Virus record (IMG/VR): IMGVR_UViG_3300045988_073284
DNA: 53,362 nucleotides
Direction: 5' to 3' (one strand)
Source of the DNA: a virus
Shown here: in pieces, positions 11,901-17,949 of the stretch
Layout: each line of letters opens with the position of its first letter
Position numbering within the stretch: position 1 is the first letter of the stretch
Translations under genes and position numbers: made by a program
The notes under the pieces: model-generated
Told to the model about the DNA's origin: nothing
The model's input: the letters and a program-made list of their open reading frames with translations, nothing else
Databases searched by the model: none

Positions 11901-12609
11901 CCAGGTGGAGAGTGCTATATCTGGTGGAGATCATTCACTATACACCACCATGGGTGCTAAGATCACTCTTGATGCAAACAGAGGTGTAGTACAGGCAACT
12001 GCAAAGAATGCGCCAAGCTATTCAACAGGAACCGCTTATATGTCACCATCTGGAATATTCGCTAACATGGCTGGAACCGATTCCATATCAGCATCAATAG
12101 GAAGATCGCACAGATCGGCTATCGTGGGTCTCGGATTCGCTAATGTATCTAAGTCTGCTTATGAGTTGAATGCTGATGAAACGCTTGTAGCTGGTGTATA
12201 TGGTAGAGCTGATAACCAGGGGTCAGCTCCAGCATACGGTGGATATTTCTGGGATCTCAAAGCGTGTGGACTGATCCTTAACACTAGGTTCATAGGTGAT
12301 AGTTCCAGCTATAGTGAACGCTGTATTCCTAAAAGCGTATCATTCGTTATCGGATTGTGTAACAGGAATGTAGTTAAGGATGTATATCTGCCTAACGACA
12401 CTAAAAACGGAAGAATAATCAAGTTCAAGCAGATGGGAGATGGAGCAATGCGTGTTCGACCGATGTCTGGGCAGCATATCTACGATGATACAAGTGAGAA
12501 TGATTACTATGATTGTGGAGAAGGTCAGTGCCTGGAGTTCGTCTTTGGTATATGGGTGAAAGGTTCTACCACCACTAATGTATGGACTGTAAGTAAGTAT
12601 AAATATTAA
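5896..12609 (+). CDS. Giant tail tip / tail fibre protein (2237 aa), multi-domain
   Basis: The ORF overlaps the previous gene by 19 nt and follows the TMP and Dit. It carries a collagen-like Gly-X-Y run (11425..11580) and an internal LamG-like segment around 9400..9900 (FTLFFWFKTDQ..WMHLAFRF..FLNGV..DEFRMVNGAL). YRGEY...Y modules are duplicated (starting 8179 and 11599). NG.WWIG..TG.KA.G motifs occur near 8370..8430 and 8617..8670. Confidence 0.75.
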   Translation: MGQFTLIKRNGTRIPLNKRIPFCAVKTAQQSRSLMADDTVTLEVVSTFLIDFEKGDKIKIDSDWYTIRTTVDRTKNSEDQYNYSITLYGCIYDLMKVMFRDTDVNGRSTSLTFDLTYSIKDFVKVIIYNMNRDYPGEWVFDDKDCPETEPKTVSFSCQNCLQTLQNECKDFDVDFQITTDKDGIHHIKIGKFGSVVTPPNGEKYFQWGRGHGLFTLVEGKVDDKAIITRMYGEGGTNNIPTAYRNYSERLQLPYPQRLNKHDHKLSDGTVVKAKTMQIGCTDDNKRYIEDAALSKKIGVEEDAIQNDDIYPRRTGKVTALGDDVYTFMDDTMDFDLKASNSNGTTYLIDGTSAKITFITGRLAGREFELHDYDHSAKKFILKPYKDARGLVFPTSNTTAFQIREGDQYKITDIIMPDSYIEDAEEDLWFYVYDKFLQAKQARAQYALTFSRSYFIENMPKDSDSCLFTPGDYVPIKDERFNLEKNIRIQKVERNLLLRHDYTLTISDTATISIINQAVINVQKHDTILEANRLKDLTRAKYGWRTTEELRNMIYDPDGYFDTDNIKPNSIDTNMLTVGSKSQQFVLADVIMQANLGGDPNLFKATSGTLCHLSISDTDIRYWKIAALEATLSESGGYYLFAKCSKKGDTGSWYLTQEQLKFEPTSDPNNYYFQVGVLSSVYDASWRDFVTTYGFTRINGNTITTGKIVTSDGYCYLDLDGNKFRMGDKQSYIDYNVQQRGQITLHNVRLLSTSGDSSEIGVYRGEYNASYVYYKGDEVSYTNNGVTATYRYIYSEPTKGYAPTVGTYWQCIAKGKDGEAGKTPKIGDNGNWWIGSVDTGIKAEGVDGKGVNILGSYDSEAELKAAHPKGSPGDAYIVAGDLYSWDDVHKVWKNGGRIKGNAGDTPYIMNGYWWIGATNTGVKAKGEDAVMYEILPSVRIYSDTMVAAGDSLRVSLNKITGSNTENLTSLPKGFSLTLFGYGTDHIGKPTSKAISLDTSYKLSDLKTSLKANMSLEVVLAGTNQVIVTKISMPYVKDGEKGTPGAPGEDGRTSYTHFKYSNDGGLSFTGNNGEEPGSYLGQYTDFEEMDSSNPTRYTWALIQGEAGNSGVDAAASSYFECRYAKNGSTVEPPTLDATALEPTGWSLQMPSVGKLEYLWMSMAQKSKLVEQTYCHIPFTAKDGCKDITGNYTTELGSGGSIVTEGDRQYLSLPDDSDLRIKYDLPFGENFTLFFWFKTDQKKIGWAIQDAAFTLNMKEMDVKPGTWMHLAFRFSDRTVSCFLNGVRQATASLNKKLIGFTVYDSNMYASANCYDEFRMVNGALADVDIVKVYQDKADKLLSNWSVPTRISPYDGKDGVSVMARYSSDKQNWHTSFQTGDQWMQTSSDSGNTWGEACKIVGEAGANGKYTDYSFATSKDLTTKDVFTSPRIYTTWSDAPVATTKDYPYLWMKVVEVDSNGKKSQARYTRLTGDPGKDGVDGVDSKYIYLRGTGMNRTADGQVTIYNGTKTETITCATRGLTLVRVDRSSLAVLETYKCDTYSNVDSTLTAFAKKIKAYNSECFICLVSYDAVAWNDSLIDALKYCGGTDLHNRAQGRYPFAFLGIPGMAQGYAQMIQSSDSSSAPYAEISAYIANRMFATAKAVEETCRLDLSNENETVTCDSSGKVIGSIQGTQATLYKGSSVVSGIYYSCSASGCSCSFSTTTGKATNIDMSSNKATLTISCTYDGVTYSAVYTISKVYPGKDGSDAVSRYLELSCNSVKVDKSGNVSPSKITAKQMKQVGGKAPENTADLYLVGLASSKSTATQLKAKSITINVSSSDSWVDFTLKDGSGNVYDTERVPVIKDGKDGTNGTNGKDGTNGKDGAPGTPGKDGAPGTPGKDGRDGIDGKDGRDGTDGYSLAPIYRGEYSASKTYYGTQYRVDIVKYNGIYYVARVDAGTFSNVAPTNTSKWNPFGAQFESIATNLLLAEGANIGDWFLSGGKIVSTLSTTSSGKITLDAKGGLIQVESAISGGDHSLYTTMGAKITLDANRGVVQATAKNAPSYSTGTAYMSPSGIFANMAGTDSISASIGRSHRSAIVGLGFANVSKSAYELNADETLVAGVYGRADNQGSAPAYGGYFWDLKACGLILNTRFIGDSSSYSERCIPKSVSFVIGLCNRNVVKDVYLPNDTKNGRIIKFKQMGDGAMRVRPMSGQHIYDDTSENDYYDCGEGQCLEFVFGIWVKGSTTTNVWTVSKYKY
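11425..11580 (+). repeat. Collagen-like Gly-X-Y coding repeat (17 consecutive triplets) inside the fibre gene
   Basis: Translation GKDGTNGTNGKDGTNGKDGAPGTPGKDGAPGTPGKDGRDGIDGKDGRDGTDG, read in the frame of ORF 5896..12609. Confidence 0.9.
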
Positions 12610-12613
12610 AGTT

Positions 12614-13084
12614 ATGAAGTTACTAGGTCAGATTAATGAGTTCGGTTTCCTGGAAGGAAAGGAAGTATCAGACTACTGCCAGAGCTACCAGGGAACTGAT
12701 GGAAAGATCCACCAGAAGATCATTACTGCAGAAGATCAGACTAAGGATCTCCTTATCCAGGGCTGGAAGCTTGTGGATGATATTGATGAGAGCAAGCTGG
12801 AATGCGAAGAAGGCTATGTAGTTAGAACCATTCCTTATGATGCTGGTGATCATATCGCATTCAAGTATGATAAGGTTCCAGATGCTCAGATGTACAAACG
12901 CAAGATCCAGGATCTCAAAGATGAGCTTTCTGGATCGGACTACAAGATCACGAAGTGCTATGAAGCATCCCTTATGGGGTACGAATTGCCTTACGATCTC
13001 CAGGAGCTTCACAAGGTTCGCCAGGAGCTGAGGGATCGGATCAATGGTCTGGAGAATGTTTTATCAAACATACAAAATCAATGA
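12614..13084 (+). CDS. Hypothetical protein downstream of fibre (possible fibre assembly/accessory protein)
   Basis: 156-aa ORF starting 5 nt after the fibre stop. Its stop overlaps the next start (ATGA). No motif recognised with confidence, so the role is inferred from position only. Confidence 0.55.
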   Translation: MKLLGQINEFGFLEGKEVSDYCQSYQGTDGKIHQKIITAEDQTKDLLIQGWKLVDDIDESKLECEEGYVVRTIPYDAGDHIAFKYDKVPDAQMYKRKIQDLKDELSGSDYKITKCYEASLMGYELPYDLQELHKVRQELRDRINGLENVLSNIQNQ

Positions 13085-13317
13085 GCTGGATAACTGAGAG
13101 CAACAGGCAGAAGCATTTCTGGTATGCCATACCATGTGGCTTCTTGCTTACTATTTTGTTCGTGGCTGGTTTGGCTGCTGGTATGGAGTTCAAGGATAAG
13201 TCTTACGGAGACAAGTGGGACTGGCTTGATTTCCTGGCTACGATCCTGGGTGGTCTGGTAGGACAGATCATCCAGGGCATAGCCCTGCTTTTAATGTGGA
13301 AAGGAGGTGTAACATAA
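13081..13317 (+). CDS. Small membrane protein (two predicted hydrophobic helices)
   Basis: 78 aa. Hydrophobic stretches are FWYAIPCGFLLTILFVAGLAAGM and FLATILGGLVGQIIQGIALLLMW. The start overlaps the previous stop. Confidence 0.55.
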   Translation: MSWITESNRQKHFWYAIPCGFLLTILFVAGLAAGMEFKDKSYGDKWDWLDFLATILGGLVGQIIQGIALLLMWKGGVT

Positions 13318-13354
13318 GATTTTTGGTAGATATTTGTATAATTAATCTTAATTG

Positions 13355-13378
13355 ATGCGTATCTCATACGCATTTTTT
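13355..13378 (+). terminator. Hairpin atgcgtat-ctc-atacgcat followed by a T run (terminator and/or operator; shared motif, see findings)
   Basis: 8-bp perfect stem at 13355..13362 / 13366..13373 with a 3-nt loop, then ttttt (13374..13378). Lies at the end of the fibre operon. Confidence 0.5.
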
Positions 13379-13379
13379 G

Positions 13380-13387
13380 TATATTTG
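13380..13387 (+). promoter_or_regulatory. Bacteroidota-type -7 promoter box (tatatttg = TAnnTTTG)
   Basis: Exact match to the TAnnTTTG consensus known for Bacteroides sigma-ABfr promoters. It lies 42 nt upstream of the ATG at 13429. Confidence 0.45.
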
Positions 13388-13428
13388 CAGCAGAATAAGA
13401 ATTATAAACATCAAACACGTTTAAGTGT

Positions 13429-13719
13429 ATGGATGAAGTAAAGAGTATCCGCATCCTTTCTCACGGAAAGGTAGAGGATCTGAAAAAAGGCTTCAAGTTA
13501 GAGGATGGAAGCAGTTTCAGTGTGTTTGTTCGCCAGAAGAAGATCAACACAATGGATTAAAACGTTCTTCTCACTTGCAAGCTGATCGGTGATAAAGGCG
13601 CAAGCCCTTTGCCAGTTCCTATTGGTGACTGGTCTCCAGCTATGATAACAGAGATTTCCCCAGGTGCTATCTCGCTGGATGAATATGAAGTTTACTGGGG
13701 ATCTGGTAAGGTATTCTAA
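13429..13719 (+). pseudogene. Small ORF interrupted by an in-frame TAA (13558..13560); 43 codons + stop + 52 further open codons
   Basis: Read directly: ATG 13429 ... atg gat TAA aac gtt ... gta ttc TAA (13717..13719), all in one frame. The second half has no ATG until codon 28 and looks protein-like (NVLLTCKLIGDKGASPLPVPIGDWSPAMITEISPGAISLDEYEVYWGSGKVF). Confidence 0.35.
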
Positions 13720-13730
13720 ATTATAATAAC

Positions 13731-15086
13731 ATGGGTTTAATTTTAGGTAGTGGTAGCGGAACAAAACCACAGTTCCCTTATGATATGTGGTATGGTGTTC
13801 AGCACGACAACACAAGCAAGGACTACAAATTAAAGAGAGTGGGCAACCTGGAACTGCATAAAACTTTGCCGCTCCAGAACCGTATGAAGCGTTTCGTGGA
13901 AAATGAGGATGGTACAGTTAAGTACTACCTTCATCCTAACGATTCTCGCTTAACAGAAGGTGGAGCTAAGGCGATCCTGGATGGATCAGATGGTAATGTG
14001 ATGCTGGAGCTTCCAAAGTTCTATTTCCGTCTGGAGATCAATGGTACATCATGGATCTATGCTATCAGTGAGTATCCGCTTCCAGGTTTCACTAAGGTAG
14101 AACGACAAACGATCTCTCCTTGGTTCGCTACTTATGACAATGTGAATAAGAAGCCAGTATCGGCTTCCTTCCTTACATGGGATGGCGATAATGTGAAGCG
14201 AGACGAAAACGGTCTGCCAGTATTTTCAGCTAATGCCGCTAATTGCCGTGGTGGTAGCAATAACGCTTCATGGGATGGAACGTACAGAAGTCTGATCGGT
14301 ATGGGTCGTACCTCAGTAAGCAAGAGCACTGTTCGTGGATGGTGTAACGCTGTTGGTAATGGCATCCATCATGGAGCTGGTAGAGCTTACAACACGATAA
14401 AGTGGTTCCAGCGTATCGAATACGCTTCAATGTACAACCAGGATGCTTACACGGCTCAGCTTACAGATGAGGGCTATCACCAGGGAGGTTTAGGATCTGG
14501 ATGCTCTTGTGATGGTAGTCAGTGGAGCACCCACAACGGATACAATCCTTTCATACCTTGCGGTGTCACCATTCCGCTTGGTAACAACACAGGAAAGGTT
14601 TCCTATACTGTTAAGAACTGGGCTGGTGGTGGCACAGATAAGGTATTCCAGGTAACATCATACCGTGGTTTCGGTGTTCCTTTTGAATATCTCTGGATGC
14701 TGGCAGATGATTTTCTGGTATATTATGGCGAAAGCGAAAGCACGCTGTATGCATGCAAGGATCCTTCTAAGTTCACTTCTCACTCTGATTCTGCCACTAC
14801 GGTTCCAGAAGGATATGAGGCGGCTGTATCACTGCCACGTGATGAAGGTTGGGGACTTGTAGAGGGTATCACCAGTTACGGCTTATCAGCTGTTAGCAAG
14901 GTAGGTGGCTCACCTATTACAGGTAATACTGATTATTTTTGGATGAATGCCACAGTAGGCTGGTGGGGTGCTCTGCTCGGTGCGGGTGCGAATGATGGTG
15001 CGCATGCTGGGTTCGGCTGTCTGTCTGCGGGTCATCGCTCCTCGGCTTCGTATGCGTCTTTTGGGTTCCGCTTGTGCCGAAATTAA
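13731..15086 (+). CDS. DGR target protein 1: receptor-binding-type protein with C-terminal C-type-lectin/FGE-fold variable region
   Basis: 451-aa ORF. The C-terminus ...WWGALLGAGANDGAHAGFGCLSAGHRSSASYASFGFRLCRN is encoded by VR1. VR1 matches the TR downstream except at TR adenines. The stop comes 13 nt after the VR, as in classical Mtd-like targets. Confidence 0.9.
   Translation: MGLILGSGSGTKPQFPYDMWYGVQHDNTSKDYKLKRVGNLELHKTLPLQNRMKRFVENEDGTVKYYLHPNDSRLTEGGAKAILDGSDGNVMLELPKFYFRLEINGTSWIYAISEYPLPGFTKVERQTISPWFATYDNVNKKPVSASFLTWDGDNVKRDENGLPVFSANAANCRGGSNNASWDGTYRSLIGMGRTSVSKSTVRGWCNAVGNGIHHGAGRAYNTIKWFQRIEYASMYNQDAYTAQLTDEGYHQGGLGSGCSCDGSQWSTHNGYNPFIPCGVTIPLGNNTGKVSYTVKNWAGGGTDKVFQVTSYRGFGVPFEYLWMLADDFLVYYGESESTLYACKDPSKFTSHSDSATTVPEGYEAAVSLPRDEGWGLVEGITSYGLSAVSKVGGSPITGNTDYFWMNATVGWWGALLGAGANDGAHAGFGCLSAGHRSSASYASFGFRLCRN
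14964..15073 (+). repeat. DGR variable region VR1
   Basis: Hand alignment to TR 15223..15332 (offset 259). 110 nt with 17 mismatches, every one opposite a TR adenine (for example AAT->GGT, GAT, CAT, TCT, GCT, TAT; TAT->TGT; ATT->TTT). No non-adenine mismatch. Confidence 0.9.
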
Positions 15087-15222
15087 AAAATAAGGTACGG
15101 AAAGTTCGGTGTGCGGTTCGGCACGGCTTCGACCTGGCTGCAAAGTACACTGAACTTTCAAAGCATTTCGGAAAAATCAGAATTGAGAAAATAAAGTAAA
15201 AATATACACGGTGGCGATCTCC

Positions 15223-15332
15223 AGGGGTGCTCTGCTCGGTGCGAATGCGAATAATGGTGCGAATGCTGGGTTCGGCTATCTGAATGCGAATAATCGCTCC
15301 TCGAATTCGAATGCGAATATTGGGTTCCGCTT
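15223..15332 (+). repeat. DGR template repeat (TR)
   Basis: Non-coding copy between the target and the RT. It carries ten AAT triplets plus TAT and ATT exactly where both VRs vary. It is followed by ttttaccg, whereas both VRs have ttgtgcc (an IMH*/IMH-like distinction). Confidence 0.9.
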
Positions 15333-15430
15333 TTACCGTGATTTCTAATTTAATAAAGATATTGTAGGAGTTTCGCCACCCTACCACACAGGATCCACTG
15401 GCACGTCTGGTGGATGGTAAAATAATATAG

Positions 15431-16663
15431 ATGGATAATAAAGCTGTGCAAGTAAGACAATGGGGTAACAAAGCTCAGAACAACGTCCACGGCACTAAGG
15501 ATAATAATAAGGTGATCATCCCTTATGTGTATCAAGATTTCGATGATGTAGGCTATTACATAGGTAATACTGGTAAGCTGCTTATATCTCCTACTGCAAA
15601 GATAAGAAACGTATATCCTCTGATATATTCAACAGAGAATTTGATTTTATCTCAGTACACAGCACAGAAGGGTAAGAAGGATCGCACAGAGATAGATGAG
15701 TTCAATGAGAACATCAATGAAAATCTACAGATTCTGTATGAGATCCTATCTGAAAAGACTTACGTTCCTGGTGAATATAAGGTGAAGGAGATACACGATC
15801 CAAAAGATCGTATCATTATGATAGCACCTTTCTTTCCAGATCGTATCATTCACCACTGCGTGATCAACGTGTTAAGCCCTTTTTGGACGCACATTTTCAT
15901 AGACAACACCTATGCTTGTATCAAAGGTAGAGGCATCCAGAAATGCGCTGATGATGTAGGCAAGGCTCTCATGCTTGATTTCGCTGGTACACAGTTCTGT
16001 CTGAAAACGGACATTACGAAGTACTATGACCACATAGATCATGCTGTATTGAAGGCTATCCTAAGATACACCATAGATGATGAGGATCTCCTGGAGCTGC
16101 TGTTTAAGATAATTGATAGTAACGGTAAGAATGTAGGTTTGCCTATTGGCAATTTCACAAGTCAGTATCTGGCTAACATATACCTGGCATACTTTGATCA
16201 CTGGGTTAAAGAAGAACTTGCCAGGATGGTTAAGCAGAAGTTCGGCTGCAAGATATACTATTTCCGATATATGGATGATATGGTATTCCTGGCAGAAACA
16301 AAAGAAGCACTCCAGTTCGTTCTGGATATGGCTGGTTTGTACCTGGGAGCTGAGCTTCATGTGGAATTTAAGCACACATGGCAGATATTTCCTGTAGATG
16401 ATCGCTCTATCGACTTTGTGGGATTCAAGCAGAACCACTATAATATTCTGCTGAGAAAGACGATCCTTCTTAAGTTCTACAAGAAACTGGAGGAAACTCA
16501 GAAGCACTATCTCATTAAGAATGAAGAGGACATCAAGCACCTATTTCCATCCGAATATGGCTGGATCATTAAGTGCTCGGAACAACACAAGAATTTCATA
16601 TTTAATAAATGTATAAATTATGGAAACATTAAGACTGAAAACAGGGCTGATCTCTGTAGATAA
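15431..16663 (+). CDS. DGR reverse transcriptase
   Basis: 410 aa. It has the RT motif RYMDDMVFLA (YMDD) and the DGR-typical motif LPIGNFTSQYLANIYL ((I/L)GxxxSQ). It lies 98 nt downstream of the TR. Confidence 0.92.
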   Translation: MDNKAVQVRQWGNKAQNNVHGTKDNNKVIIPYVYQDFDDVGYYIGNTGKLLISPTAKIRNVYPLIYSTENLILSQYTAQKGKKDRTEIDEFNENINENLQILYEILSEKTYVPGEYKVKEIHDPKDRIIMIAPFFPDRIIHHCVINVLSPFWTHIFIDNTYACIKGRGIQKCADDVGKALMLDFAGTQFCLKTDITKYYDHIDHAVLKAILRYTIDDEDLLELLFKIIDSNGKNVGLPIGNFTSQYLANIYLAYFDHWVKEELARMVKQKFGCKIYYFRYMDDMVFLAETKEALQFVLDMAGLYLGAELHVEFKHTWQIFPVDDRSIDFVGFKQNHYNILLRKTILLKFYKKLEETQKHYLIKNEEDIKHLFPSEYGWIIKCSEQHKNFIFNKCINYGNIKTENRADLCR

Positions 16664-17063
16664 GCCACAGGTGATTGATGATCTGAGAAATGGTCAGAGT
16701 ACGTTCAACTACAACCACAACATCAAGGAGATTGAGGTGGAACAGAACGCTGGTAACACAGAGGCTGGCGAAGGTGAAGGCTCAGAGCCTAAGAAGGTAA
16801 AGAGCTGGCAGTATGACAGCTTGCGTGTTGAGTATCCTCGCACAGGTAACAACATCCTCGAAACGCTTCTCACTGAGAAGTACCCACAGGATCAGCAGCA
16901 GAAGCTGGTGAATGACTACCAGGCTGCACAGCTTGGTATCCTGGAGGATGAGGAAGCCGATAATGCTGTTGCATCCTACAAGGCATTCTTGCAAGATCGC
17001 AAGGCTATCAAGGCGATGGTTAAGGCTGATTGTGTAACTTATAACATTCCAGACAGCATCTAA
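16620..17063 (+). CDS. Hypothetical acidic protein overlapping the RT 3' end
   Basis: 147-aa ORF overlapping the RT by 44 nt. It has a Glu/Gly-rich segment EVEQNAGNTEAGEGEGSEP. No motif recognised. Confidence 0.5.
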   Translation: METLRLKTGLISVDKPQVIDDLRNGQSTFNYNHNIKEIEVEQNAGNTEAGEGEGSEPKKVKSWQYDSLRVEYPRTGNNILETLLTEKYPQDQQQKLVNDYQAAQLGILEDEEADNAVASYKAFLQDRKAIKAMVKADCVTYNIPDSI

Positions 17064-17151
17064 TTAGGATATAGAGATAGAAGATTTTGTCGATGAGGAA
17101 GGAGGAAACCAGGCTGATCTTTTCTGCTGTGAGTTCACCTCAATAGATGTA

Positions 17152-17472
17152 GTGATAAACAAGGTTAAGGTTTTCACTGGTGCGATTAACAAGAGCACTG
17201 AGAATGGAGATCGCTGCCTGGTAGCCTATGCTCCAGATTCCAACAACCCAAACGATATGGAACCAGCATCCGCTTTCTTCACTGAGAGCAAGAAGCTAAA
17301 GGAACTATTCCTTAACCCTAACAGGAAGTTTCCGTTCCGTGGAGTGATCAAGGTTGTTAGATATGGAGAGAACGCTGGCTTTAAAATGTTTTCTCCTTCC
17401 AGTCCTATCACCAGGGATGATGAAGATAATCTCAGATTCTATCAACGCTGCAAATTCAAAAAGAACAGATAG
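17152..17472 (+). CDS. Hypothetical protein (GTG start in track)
   Basis: 106-aa ORF. The track start codon at 17152 is GTG. No motif recognised. Confidence 0.45.
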   Translation: MINKVKVFTGAINKSTENGDRCLVAYAPDSNNPNDMEPASAFFTESKKLKELFLNPNRKFPFRGVIKVVRYGENAGFKMFSPSSPITRDDEDNLRFYQRCKFKKNR

Positions 17473-17504
17473 AGCCTATGTATTCATTATTAATTGGTGT
17501 GAGA

Positions 17505-17945
17505 ATGGAGCTTATCATTATAGTGATAGCCTGTTTTATCGTATTGCTTGCTATGGCTATAGATCTTGCCTCTGGTCTGGCTAAAGCTAAGGTCAGAGGT
17601 GAGATAAGATCCTCCTGGGGATTGAAGCGGTCGCTGATCAAGTTCATCACCTACGAAGGTGGTATGCTTATAGCGGCTGGTATAGACTTGCTGATCTCCT
17701 TATGTAAGGTCATGGCACTAGTCCACCTGGAGATCCTGGAAGGCATACCTATAGTAACTTGCATGGTTGGTATATTCCTCTTGGTTGTTGAGTGGCTATC
17801 GGTGCGAGAGAAGGCAGACGAGAAAACTAAAACAGAGTTTTCACGTGTTGAGAAGCTGGCTAAGACAATGGTAAGCAGACAGGAGCTTGTGGATGCTCTT
17901 ACAGATGCGCTTTCACAGGCAAGTAAAAACAGATCTAAAAATTAA
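17505..17945 (+). CDS. Holin (Phage_holin_4_1-like)
   Basis: Track ORF 17478..17945; the more likely start is ATG 17505 (MELIIIVIACFIVLLAMAIDLASGL...). It has three hydrophobic segments, and the pattern AIDLASGLAKAK..G.I.S..GLKRSLIK resembles the D.xTG...S..G..kK holin family. It sits immediately upstream of the amidase. Confidence 0.6.
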   Translation: MELIIIVIACFIVLLAMAIDLASGLAKAKVRGEIRSSWGLKRSLIKFITYEGGMLIAAGIDLLISLCKVMALVHLEILEGIPIVTCMVGIFLLVVEWLSVREKADEKTKTEFSRVEKLAKTMVSRQELVDALTDALSQASKNRSKN

Positions 17946-17949
17946 GGTT

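Noticed and set aside
13081-13317. Two-transmembrane-helix 78-aa protein as the holin.
   Set aside because: A better candidate (17505..17945, with a holin-family motif) lies immediately upstream of the amidase. This one may still be a second holin or antiholin or an unrelated membrane protein, so it is left as a membrane protein.
15074-15140. A GC-rich hairpin immediately 3' of VR1, like the target-recognition cruciform described for the Bordetella phage DGR.
   Set aside because: Only a weak 4-bp stem (gtgc-ggttcg-gcac, about 15111..15124) is present, and nothing comparable follows VR2. This is not convincing by eye and needs computational folding.
14917-15471. 184-aa minus-strand ORF spanning VR1, the TR and the RT start; similarly 28446..29036 (minus) over VR2.
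   Set aside because: Both are the reverse complement of the AAT/GCG-rich repeat (IRIRIRGAIIRIQIAEPSIRT...). The open frame exists because the repeat lacks stop codons in antisense. There is no independent support.
16620-17063. Candidate Avd accessory protein of the DGR because it overlaps the RT 3' end.
   Set aside because: The protein is acidic with a Glu/Gly-rich low-complexity segment, whereas Avd proteins are small, basic four-helix bundles. No similarity was recognised. A profile search is still needed.
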